From: Minisyncoccota bacterium
GTDB lineage: Bacteria; Patescibacteriota; Minisyncoccia; Minisyncoccales; JAQTVQ01
Reading direction: 5' to 3'
Length of the DNA stretch: 45,277 nucleotides
Assembly (NCBI GenBank): GCA_041657565.1
Contig: JBBABQ010000002.1
Location: forward strand, 1-45,277
The notes under the pieces were generated by a model that saw only the letters and a program-made list of their open reading frames with translations, had not been told where the DNA came from and made no database searches. The position numbers were made by a program, and so were the translations under genes. Of this stretch, positions 14,813 through 22,716 are shown in pieces (position 1 is the first letter of the stretch; every line of letters begins with the position of its first letter).

Positions 14813-14838
14813 AACCGTTTCCTGCAGGGCGGTTTTTT
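14813..14838 (+). terminator. possible terminator of the rSAM operon
   Basis: Imperfect hairpin AACCG...CCTGCAGG...CGGTT followed by T6. Confidence 0.4.
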
Positions 14839-14894
14839 ATCCATAGAACAGAGCTGTTTGCTTTGAACGGGTTTTTTGAGCTATATTTAAATCA

Positions 14895-16181
14895 ATGGAA
14901 AATCACAGTTTGTTCGATAAGGAAGAGGTCGGCCAGGAGGTCGTTTTTTCGGTGTCGGAATACATCGAGTTTTTGAATTTGAAGATAAAGCCTTTCGAGG
15001 TGAAGATCGTCGGCGAGGTCGGCCAGGTGCAATTCGGTCCGACCGGCCATGTTTATTTTTCTCTCAAAGACGAAAAAGGAGGAGCGATGATCAATTGCAT
15101 AATTTGGAAATCGAGCTATCGGACTTACGGTATCGCGCTGAAGGAAGGGATGAAGATCGCGGCTGTCGGCCGGTCCGAGATATACGCGCCGTCGGGCCGG
15201 TTGTCGTTCGTCGCCCGGATGATCTCTTTGGCCGGAGAGGGGGCGTTAAAAAAGGAATACGACCGCATAAAAGCCCTGTTGGAAAAGGAGGGGATATTCG
15301 CCGAAGAAAAGAAGAGGCCTTTGCCCCGCTATCCCCACAAGATCGGCGTCATAACTTCCCGCCAGGGAGCGGTGATCGCTGATTTTTTGAACAATTTGGG
15401 AAAATTCGGCTTCAACGTGAGGATGATCGATTCGAGGGTCGAAGGCCAGGAGGCGGTGTCGGACCTGCTGGCGTCCATCAAGTCTTTCCGAAAAAAAGAC
15501 ATAGAGGTTCTGGTCGTGATGCGCGGCGGCGGTTCGATGGAGTCGATGATGGCTTTCAACAATGAATTATTGGTCCGCGAGATAGCTACCTTTCCTTGTC
15601 CGGTGATAGCCGGGATCGGCCACCATAAAGATGTCCCCTTGGCCGCTTTGGCCGCGGACGCGATGGTCTCTACCCCGACGGCGGCAGCCAATTTGCTTGG
15701 CGAATCCTGGCAGAAGGCGGCGCTTCTTTTGGAACGCAGCCAGCGTCAGATAATTTCCAGCTACGAAAGGACCCTAAACAGTTCCAATATGCTTTTGCAA
15801 AGATCTTTGTCGAAGATAAAGGAATTGCATAGCCGCATTATTGGCCAGTACAGGGAGATGGAAAACAACTTGAGGCTGTTCCTTCAAAAGATCGACCAGG
15901 GTTTGGCAGCGGCCAGGATCGAGATAAAAAATAATTTTGGCAGATCTTGCAGTTCCTTTTCTTCGATGTTGAAGGCCGCGGTCCGGCAGCTGGAGTACGC
16001 CCAAAAAACAACAGCCCTTAATGATCCAGAAAGGCAGTTGAAGCTGGGCTATAGCATCGCTTCTTGCAAGGGAAAGATATTGCGAAGCGTTGCCGGAGCC
16101 AGCGAGGGAGAAGAAATGGACCTGAGGCTGTCGGACGGGGCCATCTCTTCGGAAATAAAAAAGGTTAAAAAGGATGTTTAA
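14895..16181 (+). CDS. xseA: exodeoxyribonuclease VII large subunit
   Basis: N-terminal OB fold ('FSVSEYIEFLN...VKIVGEVGQV...GHVYFSLKD'), 'ITSRQGAVIADF', and a coiled-coil C-terminus. Confidence 0.9.
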   Translation: MENHSLFDKEEVGQEVVFSVSEYIEFLNLKIKPFEVKIVGEVGQVQFGPTGHVYFSLKDEKGGAMINCIIWKSSYRTYGIALKEGMKIAAVGRSEIYAPSGRLSFVARMISLAGEGALKKEYDRIKALLEKEGIFAEEKKRPLPRYPHKIGVITSRQGAVIADFLNNLGKFGFNVRMIDSRVEGQEAVSDLLASIKSFRKKDIEVLVVMRGGGSMESMMAFNNELLVREIATFPCPVIAGIGHHKDVPLAALAADAMVSTPTAAANLLGESWQKAALLLERSQRQIISSYERTLNSSNMLLQRSLSKIKELHSRIIGQYREMENNLRLFLQKIDQGLAAARIEIKNNFGRSCSSFSSMLKAAVRQLEYAQKTTALNDPERQLKLGYSIASCKGKILRSVAGASEGEEMDLRLSDGAISSEIKKVKKDV

Positions 16182-16277
16182 TTTCTTTAAAAGCTATGGT
16201 GTGGCAAGCCAATTTTTAGCTCGGTGAGCTATGGTGCGGCAAAGCCAGCCTTCGCTGAAGCTACGGCTTGGCAAAGT

Positions 16278-16529
16278 ATGGAAACAAAAAAAGAAACAAA
16301 AAATAATTTGAACGGTAATTTAAAAAAATTAGCCGAGATCACGGCCTGGTTCGACGACCAGAAAGAAGTTGACGTAGAAGAAGGATTGAAGAAGGTCAAA
16401 GAAGCGGTTTCCTTGATCAAGTCCAGCAGGGAAAGGCTTAAGGAGGTGGAGAACGAATTTGAAGAGATCAAAAAAGAGATAGACCTTGATGAAGGGAAAG
16501 AATCGGAAGAGAAGGAGGTCGAATTTTAA
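16278..16529 (+). CDS. xseB: exodeoxyribonuclease VII small subunit
   Basis: 'LKKLAEITAWFDDQKEVDVEEGLKKVKEAVSLIKSSRERLKEVENEF' is XseB-like. The ATG at 16278 is preferred over the GTG at 16224. Confidence 0.8.
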   Translation: METKKETKNNLNGNLKKLAEITAWFDDQKEVDVEEGLKKVKEAVSLIKSSRERLKEVENEFEEIKKEIDLDEGKESEEKEVEF

Positions 16530-16540
16530 AAAACAAAAAA

Positions 16541-16571
16541 CCGCTCCGCAAAATTGCGGGGCGGTTTTTTT
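16541..16571. terminator. bidirectional terminator shared by xseB (+) and metK (-)
   Basis: Stem CCGCTCCGCA/TGCGGGGCGG (one G-U pair), flanked by an A-run and a T-run. Confidence 0.8.
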
Positions 16572-16578
16572 GTTGAAT

Positions 16579-17520
16579 CTATCCCCACGGGAATTCCCTT
16601 CCGAAATGGCCCCAAGCCGATGTCCGGCGGAATTTTATTTTTCCCAGGCTGAGGAACTCGTAAATTGCTTTAGGAGACAGATCATAGCCGATTATCTTTT
16701 CTTCTTTGCCGTCTATCTCGGCGACAGCCATTACCGGTTCTTTTTTTCCGATGGCGTAGGCAAGTTTGGTCCTGACGGTTTTCGCGCCACTTTTTTTCAA
16801 CAGATCGACGGCGATGCGGCGGGCCATATAGGCCCCGCTGCGGTCGACCTTGGTCCAGTCCTTGCCGGAAAAAGAGCCTCCTCCAACGCCGATCTCCGGG
16901 CCGTAGTTATCTATCATTATTTTTCTCCCGGAAAGGCCGGAATCCGCGTCAAACCCTCCCATCTCCCATTCGCCGGCCGGGTTGATCAGATATTCTTCGG
17001 ATTTTATCAAAGCGCAGACCGCTTTTTTGAGATCTTCCGTTTTTGTTTTTTGGAAGCTGGCGACGACGGTTTTTATCCGGCCGTCTTCGATCGTCACCTG
17101 CGTTTTCCCGTCGTAGGGAAACTGGCTGTAGAGTTTGTTGCAAAGCTTGCGGGCAAGCTCATATTCGAGGGGCATGAAATTATTGGTCTCGCTGGTGGCG
17201 TAGCCGATCATTATTCCCTGGTCGCCGGCGCCTCCGTTATTAACGCCTTTGGAAATGAAAGGGCTCTGCTGAGAAACGTAGATCTTCACGTTGTATTTTT
17301 GGCCGAGGATCTTTTTGATCGTGTCCTCGATGTTCAGTCTTGCTTCGCTGGTCACCTCGCCGGAAACGGAAATATTGTCATGGCCGCCCATGATCTCTAT
17401 CGCTACCCGGCTTTTCGGGTCGAGTTCCAGAAAAGCGTCCAGCAATATGTCGGCCAGGTAATCGCATAGCTTGTCGGGATGCCTTGGAGAAACGAATTCG
17501 CACGTTTTTGTGTTTGCCAT
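16579..17520 (-). CDS. metK: S-adenosylmethionine synthetase, compact 313-aa form
   Basis: 'GAGDQGIMIGYA', 'GGGSFSGKDWTKVDRSGAYMAR' and N-terminal 'SPRHPDKLCD'. It is preceded by a SAM-I riboswitch. Confidence 0.9.
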   Translation of the reverse strand: MANTKTCEFVSPRHPDKLCDYLADILLDAFLELDPKSRVAIEIMGGHDNISVSGEVTSEARLNIEDTIKKILGQKYNVKIYVSQQSPFISKGVNNGGAGDQGIMIGYATSETNNFMPLEYELARKLCNKLYSQFPYDGKTQVTIEDGRIKTVVASFQKTKTEDLKKAVCALIKSEEYLINPAGEWEMGGFDADSGLSGRKIMIDNYGPEIGVGGGSFSGKDWTKVDRSGAYMARRIAVDLLKKSGAKTVRTKLAYAIGKKEPVMAVAEIDGKEEKIIGYDLSPKAIYEFLSLGKIKFRRTSAWGHFGREFPWG

Positions 17521-17555
17521 AAGTAAGACGGATATTTAACTTTTATTATTTTTTT

Positions 17556-17581
17556 AAAAAAAATCTTCCGGCAGGGAAGAA
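17556..17581 (-). terminator. riboswitch expression-platform terminator
   Basis: On the minus strand: UCUUCC-CUGCC-GGAAGA followed by U8, between the aptamer and the metK ATG. Confidence 0.6.
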
Positions 17582-17600
17582 TTTCAGCTTTTAAGCTAAT

Positions 17601-17700
17601 TTATCTTTCCCCGCGCGGGGGTTGGAGTTGGCACCTTTCGGAGGATTCCGATGGTTGCCAGCGGGTCGCAGAGCCAAATCTCTCGCCGCCTTCAAGATAA
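17601..17700 (-). promoter_or_regulatory. SAM-I (S-box) riboswitch aptamer
   Basis: The minus strand reads UUAUCUUGAAGGCGGCGAGAGAUUUGGCUCUGCGACCCGCUGGCAACC...AAGGUGCCAACUCC...CCCCGCGCGGGG AAAGAUAA. It has the P1 pair UUAUCUU/AAGAUAA and the conserved GGCAACC and GGUGCCAA-UCC blocks. It lies upstream of metK. Confidence 0.85.
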
Positions 17701-18036
17701 CTTATTCAATTTTGTTTTTTTATTATATTATATTTTTTCTTTTTTGGAAAGTTCTTGAATATTCGGGATATAAAACGAAACACCGGGGGTTAACCAGGTG
17801 TTATCGCAAGGGAGGCAGAAGATGAGGGTTTTGAGGGAGGGGATCAATTATGAAAATTGAAATAAAGTAAAAAAAAACGATAAGGCCTCTTAATATGAGA
17901 AACCTAAAAGAACATGCTGATATCCAGCTCGTGCCGTTGGGCAACAGTGTTGCAATAGGCAGGCGCGATATCAGGTAAATTTATTTTAACATCAGAGAAA
18001 TTGGTGTCAAGCCTTTTTGAGAAGGCGCCAGAGCAA

Positions 18037-18066
18037 AGAAAAAACCGGCTGGTTTGCCGGTTTTTG
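18037..18066. terminator. terminator downstream of the tRNA-binding protein gene (bidirectional shape)
   Basis: AAAACCGGC-TGGTTT-GCCGGTTTTT. Confidence 0.7.
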
Positions 18067-18072
18067 TTGGCC

Positions 18073-18423
18073 CTATCTTAACCCAGAGCCTTCCTTGATA
18101 TCATCGGACACCGCGGTCAAAGACAGCTTCTCTCCGCCTTCGGCCAAAGCTTCCACTGCCACCAGCATCATTCCTTGGCTGATGCCTTGGCCCATTTTGC
18201 GTTCGGCCAGATTGACCACGAAGACGCATTTTTTGCCGGCAAGCTGTTGCGGCTGGAAATGCTTTCTTATCCCGGCGAAGATCGTTTTCTGTCCGATCTC
18301 GGCGCCGAAGTCCACTTTGAGCTCGACGAGCTTTTCGCTCCATTCGGGAACAAGGCATTCCAGGATCTTTCCGATCCTCAAATCCGTTTTATCGAAATCC
18401 GCGTATTCGATGGTTGGTTTCAT
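18073..18423 (-). CDS. tRNA-binding domain protein (CsaA/YtpR/EMAP-like)
   Basis: 'DLRIGKILECLVPEWSEKLVELKVDFG...VFVVNLAERKMGQGISQGMMLA' is a typical tRNA_bind OB fold. Confidence 0.8.
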   Translation of the reverse strand: MKPTIEYADFDKTDLRIGKILECLVPEWSEKLVELKVDFGAEIGQKTIFAGIRKHFQPQQLAGKKCVFVVNLAERKMGQGISQGMMLVAVEALAEGGEKLSLTAVSDDIKEGSGLR

Positions 18424-18676
18424 AAAATTTAACGGTCAATTCCTCCCTGCAGAGAGGGGCGATGGTTATTCATTATTAATACAACAAATGAAAATTATTT
18501 TAAATAGGAGGCCGTATTTTGCTTTTACCGGCTGATTTTCGTAAAATGAAATGCAGAGACCGCCGAGCGGCGGAAAGCGGATATCTCTCAGGAGCAGTCC
18601 GGTTGACGAGATCGTAATGCTTTTGTATGTATAGTTTGCGGCAATAATTATCAATTTAATTTTTTTAAAGAAAGCT

Positions 18677-18946
18677 ATGTCAATGTTCGATCAATTGAAG
18701 CAGTTAAAACAGCTTAAAGATCTTCAGGATCAGATGAAGAAAGAAAAGATGGAGATGGAAAAGAACGGCGTCAGGGTCGTGGTCAACGGCAAAATGGAAA
18801 TAGAGGAAATAAATTTGAACCCGGACCTGGACATAGAGCATCAGGAAAAAGCCCTTAAAGACTGCATCAACGACGCGATGCACAAAGTCCAGATGGAGAT
18901 GGCCCAAAAGATGTCAAAGATGGGGATGGGAAATTTTGGCCTTTAG
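18677..18946 (+). CDS. ybaB: YbaB/EbfC-family nucleoid-associated protein
   Basis: 89 aa with the 'QLKQLKDLQDQMKK...VVVNGKMEIEEINLNPDL...DAMHKVQ' pattern. Confidence 0.8.
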   Translation: MSMFDQLKQLKQLKDLQDQMKKEKMEMEKNGVRVVVNGKMEIEEINLNPDLDIEHQEKALKDCINDAMHKVQMEMAQKMSKMGMGNFGL

Positions 18947-19026
18947 CCTGAAACCTGTAACTTGGAACTTGAAACCTTTTTTCTATTATCCCGCGTTTTC
19001 AATTCCAACAAAGTAATATCTAAACC

Positions 19027-19560
19027 ATGGAAATAAGGCAAATAACGGTGGGGAAATTGCAAACCAACTGTTTTTTGCTTGTTTCCGATGGCGAAGCCGC
19101 CGTTATCGATCCGGGAGGAGAACCGCAAAAGATCCTTTCGGAATTGGAAAGAACCAAGGCGAAGTTGAAATATATCATCAACACCCACTATCATTTCGAT
19201 CATACTTTTGCGGACAGGGAGATAAAAGAGGCGACCGGCGCCGAGATACTGATCCATCGGTCGGAAAAAGATTTTTTAGTGTTTGAGATGGACAGGTTCT
19301 TAGACGATGGCGAGGAAATAAAAATAGGAAAGGAGTCTCTCAAGGTTGTACATACGCCCGGTCATTCCAAGGGAGGCATCTGTTTGTTCGGAGAAGGCTT
19401 CGTTCTTTCCGGGGACACTCTTTTTAAGGGCTCTTACGGCCGGGTCGATCTTCCCGGCGGTTCTGCTGAAGAGATGGCCGCCTCACTCGAAAAACTGGCG
19501 AAGATGATCCAGCCCGGAACGGCGGTCTATCCGGGGCACGGCCAGAATTTCAAAGCCTAG
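19027..19560 (+). CDS. MBL-fold metallo-hydrolase (glyoxalase II-like)
   Basis: 'NTHYHFDH' and 'HTPGHSKG' metal-binding motifs. Confidence 0.85.
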   Translation: MEIRQITVGKLQTNCFLLVSDGEAAVIDPGGEPQKILSELERTKAKLKYIINTHYHFDHTFADREIKEATGAEILIHRSEKDFLVFEMDRFLDDGEEIKIGKESLKVVHTPGHSKGGICLFGEGFVLSGDTLFKGSYGRVDLPGGSAEEMAASLEKLAKMIQPGTAVYPGHGQNFKA

Positions 19561-19617
19561 CTGGCAATTTTGAGGTTTTGCCGTTGGCCGCGATATGGTA
19601 ATATGTAATAGATATAT

Positions 19618-20643
19618 ATGGTATCTCTAAGCCCATACTCGATCCCTCCGCTGGCAATTTCCATTCTGTTCCTGTTTTTGGGATCGGCAATTTATTTTAA
19701 GAACAAAAGATCGGCCGCCAATACTATTTTTGCCTTGCTTTCTCTCGTCACTTTTTGGTGGCAGTTTTCCTGGTTTGTGCTTTTCAATGTCCAAGATCCG
19801 GCCTTGGCTTCGATCCTTGTCAAGGTCGGTTACATGGGAATAATATTTATTCCCGTTTTTTTCTACCATTTTTTTCTTGCGTTCATGGGAAGGGTCAAGG
19901 GGCTAGATAAATACGCGCTGTATTTTATGTACGCAGCCAGCCTTTTTTTCGAGATATCTTTGTTTTCCACGAATTTTTTTATCCAAGGATATTACGAGTA
20001 TTTTTGGGGATTTTACCCCAAGGCCGGTATTCTGCATCCGGTATATCTGTTTTTTCTGACAGCCGTTTCGCTTAGGTCTGTTTTTCTTCTCTACAAGAGC
20101 TACCTCGAAGAGAAAGGCGGAGGTACCATAAAATCCAAGCAGACCAAGAATCTGCTGATCGGTCTTCTCATTTATTTCTCGGCTTCCACGGACTTTTTGG
20201 TGAATTACGGGATCGAATTCTACCCGCTCGGATTTATTTTTGTTTTCATCTGTTTGTCCATCATCGCTTACTCGATCTCCAAATATCATATGTTCGACAT
20301 AAGGGTCATTTTGACCGAAATGCTTGTCGGCATTATGGCGGTCGCTTCTTTTGTTGAGGCGCTTCTTTTTCAGGATCTTTGGACCAGGATCTTCGGCTTT
20401 GGTATTTTTGCCCTGCTGTGCGTTATAGGCTATTTGCTGACCAGGTATACCTATCGGGAAGTGCGCGCCAAGGAAAATTTCGAACAAATGGTCCAAGAGC
20501 GCACTAAAGAACTGGAACAGAGCAAGAAGGTCTCCGAGGACCGCGCCGCCGAGCTGGAGAAATGGTACAAGCTCACCATCGGCCGGGAACTCCGCATGGC
20601 CGAGCTCAAGGATAAAATAAAGGAGATGGAGGATAAGAAGTAA
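19618..20643 (+). CDS. multi-TM receptor-like protein (histidine-kinase N-terminal 7TM-like region) with conserved coiled-coil tail, no output domain; paralog 1 of 7
   Basis: About 9 hydrophobic helices, then the tail 'ERTKELEQSKKVSEDRAAELEKWYKLTIGRELRMAELKDKIKEMEDKK'. Confidence 0.8.
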   Translation: MVSLSPYSIPPLAISILFLFLGSAIYFKNKRSAANTIFALLSLVTFWWQFSWFVLFNVQDPALASILVKVGYMGIIFIPVFFYHFFLAFMGRVKGLDKYALYFMYAASLFFEISLFSTNFFIQGYYEYFWGFYPKAGILHPVYLFFLTAVSLRSVFLLYKSYLEEKGGGTIKSKQTKNLLIGLLIYFSASTDFLVNYGIEFYPLGFIFVFICLSIIAYSISKYHMFDIRVILTEMLVGIMAVASFVEALLFQDLWTRIFGFGIFALLCVIGYLLTRYTYREVRAKENFEQMVQERTKELEQSKKVSEDRAAELEKWYKLTIGRELRMAELKDKIKEMEDKK

Positions 20644-20654
20644 ATTTTAAAAAT

Positions 20655-21689
20655 ATGAATTTTTTCGCGATAATTTGTTTTATATGCGCTTCATTGGCTT
20701 TTTTTGCCGGTTATTCGGTTTGGATGTCCGGGTTCAGAAAAAAACTTAACCAATCTTGGGCGCTTTTTAATTTTTCCATAGCTATTTGGATGATCGGCTT
20801 GGGAGAAACAATGAACGTTGACAACGAACTCTCAGCTTTGGTGGCCCAGAAGATCCTTTATATAGGCACGATAATGATCCCTCTCTCTTTCTCTTATTTC
20901 GCCGCCTTGCTGTCCAAAAAAGAAGAAAACGCGGAGAAGCTTCTTTACATAAATTCTTCAGCAGCCGCCTTTTTCCTGGCAACGCTTTTTTTGGGAAGGT
21001 TTTTTATAGAAAAAATATTAGAAAGGACCGATTTCGGTTATTTTCCCATACAGGCCGGAACGCTTTATTATCCTTTTCTTGCTTGGTTCGCGGTGATGGT
21101 CATCTATGGTTTTGTCCTTTTGAGGGGCGGGTTGAGAAACAAGGCCGCTAGCGCGGTCGAGAAGCAGCAGATCAGCTTTATGATGTGGGGGGCGATGGTG
21201 GGATTTATCGCCGGTTCCGTTAATTTTTTGCTCGACTTCGGGATAGTTATCCCTCCGTTCTATAATCTTTTGGTCCCTTCCTATCTTTTGTTCGTCGGAT
21301 ACGCGATAGCGACCAAGCAATTTTTCGGGATCAAGGTGATCTTTACGGAAATGCTGGTGGTCGGGATGGGAATGATATTGATGGTTTTGCCGTTCTTCAT
21401 GCCGAATTTTATTTTGCAGGTTGTAATGGTGATGGTTTTCGTTGTTTTCTGCCTGTTCGGCTATATGCTGATAAGGTCAATGTTGAAAGAGGTCAGACAG
21501 AAAGATATTCTCGCCGGGATGGTCCAGGAGCGGACCAAAGAGCTCGAAGCGAGCAAAAAGGTTGCCGAAGAAAGGGCGGCCGAACTGGAGAAATGGTATA
21601 ATCTTACCATCGGCCGGGAGCTCCGTATGGCCGAATTGAAAGGCAAGATCAAAGAGATAGAGGATAAAAATAATCAGGCCAATAATTAA
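20655..21689 (+). CDS. same family, paralog 2
   Basis: Tail 'ERTKELEASKKVAEERAAELEKWYNLTIGRELRMAELKGKIKEIEDKN'. An 11-nt gap separates it from paralog 1. Confidence 0.8.
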   Translation: MNFFAIICFICASLAFFAGYSVWMSGFRKKLNQSWALFNFSIAIWMIGLGETMNVDNELSALVAQKILYIGTIMIPLSFSYFAALLSKKEENAEKLLYINSSAAAFFLATLFLGRFFIEKILERTDFGYFPIQAGTLYYPFLAWFAVMVIYGFVLLRGGLRNKAASAVEKQQISFMMWGAMVGFIAGSVNFLLDFGIVIPPFYNLLVPSYLLFVGYAIATKQFFGIKVIFTEMLVVGMGMILMVLPFFMPNFILQVVMVMVFVVFCLFGYMLIRSMLKEVRQKDILAGMVQERTKELEASKKVAEERAAELEKWYNLTIGRELRMAELKGKIKEIEDKNNQANN

Positions 21690-21696
21690 AATATTT

Positions 21697-22713
21697 ATGG
21701 ACCTTTATCCGGCAATTTTTTTCGTATCGGGAATATTAGCCGGTTTTGCCGGATTTTTGATCCTGGCCGCCAATATTAAAAGCCTCTTGAACCGATCTTG
21801 GTTCCTTTTCAATCTGTCCTTAATGGCTTGGCTTTTGGGTTTTGGTCTAGGTTTTACCTCCGATCCCGGGACAGCCGTTCTGGCGGAAAGGATTATGGAC
21901 GGAGGGACGATCTTTATACCCGTCTCCCTTCTTTATTTTGTTCTGATCCTGACTGGCCATTATGAAAAACGGAAATTATTCGTTGCGGCCAACGCTGCCA
22001 TCACGGCGGTTTTTCTGGCTTTGATGCTGTTCACAAACTTTTTTTTCGCGGGGTTGGGGGAGTTCGTGAAAGAAATGAATTATTACGTTTTTGATTATGG
22101 CTGGGCGTATTATCTTTTCTTGGTTTGGTTTGCCGCTCTCGCCGCCTACAATTTTTATTTTTTATTTTCGGAAGCGAAGAAAGAAAAGTCCGATCCGGTA
22201 AGAAAGCAACAGCTCAATTTCGTATTTTGGGGGATATTGATAACTTTCTTTTCCGGCTCTATCAATTTTTTGGTCGATTCCATCACCATACCGCTTTACT
22301 ACAATCTTCTGGTTCCTTTTTATTTGGTATTTGTCGGCTATGCTATTATCAGAAATCAACTTTTTGATATAAAGGTCATTGCCACGGAGATACTGGTCGG
22401 AGCCATGGGCTTTATACTTTTGGTCTTTCCGTTTTTAATGCCAAATAACAGCCTTAGGATATCGGCGGCGATCGTTTTTGCGGTTTTTTGCCTTATAGGC
22501 TACCTGCTTGTCAAAACGACCATGGAGGAGGTTAACGCCAAGGAATCTTTAGAGTTAAAGGTGAAAGAGCGCACAAAAGAGCTGGCCCAGGCCAATAAAG
22601 GATTACTGGAGAGGCAGGCGGAAGTCGAGAAATGGTACAAACTTACCATCGGACGCGAGCTGCGCATGGCCGAGTTGAAGGATAAAATAAAAGAGTTGGG
22701 CGGAACTAAATAG
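21697..22713 (+). CDS. same family, paralog 3
   Basis: Tail 'ERTKELAQANKGLLERQAEVEKWYKLTIGRELRMAELKDKIKELGG'. Confidence 0.8.
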   Translation: MDLYPAIFFVSGILAGFAGFLILAANIKSLLNRSWFLFNLSLMAWLLGFGLGFTSDPGTAVLAERIMDGGTIFIPVSLLYFVLILTGHYEKRKLFVAANAAITAVFLALMLFTNFFFAGLGEFVKEMNYYVFDYGWAYYLFLVWFAALAAYNFYFLFSEAKKEKSDPVRKQQLNFVFWGILITFFSGSINFLVDSITIPLYYNLLVPFYLVFVGYAIIRNQLFDIKVIATEILVGAMGFILLVFPFLMPNNSLRISAAIVFAVFCLIGYLLVKTTMEEVNAKESLELKVKERTKELAQANKGLLERQAEVEKWYKLTIGRELRMAELKDKIKELGGTK

Positions 22714-22716
22714 AAT

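Noticed and set aside
16486-17469. 327-aa plus-strand ORF
   Set aside because: It is entirely antisense to metK, whose minus-strand translation carries unmistakable MetK motifs and a SAM riboswitch. The plus-strand product is low-complexity (F/G/A-rich) with no recognisable motifs.
17622-17825. 67-aa plus-strand ORF
   Set aside because: It overlaps the SAM-I aptamer on the opposite strand and an AT-rich promoter region. It is explained by the riboswitch.
18424-18676. Possible SRP/4.5S or other small RNA in the 250-nt gap upstream of the tRNA-binding-protein gene (hairpin CCGCC-GAG-CGGCGG, 'CAGGAGCAGUCCGG')
   Set aside because: It lacks the conserved SRP domain IV pattern (GGAA tetraloop with flanking AGCA/AGG loops). 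I could build no convincing structure by eye. It needs a covariance-model scan.
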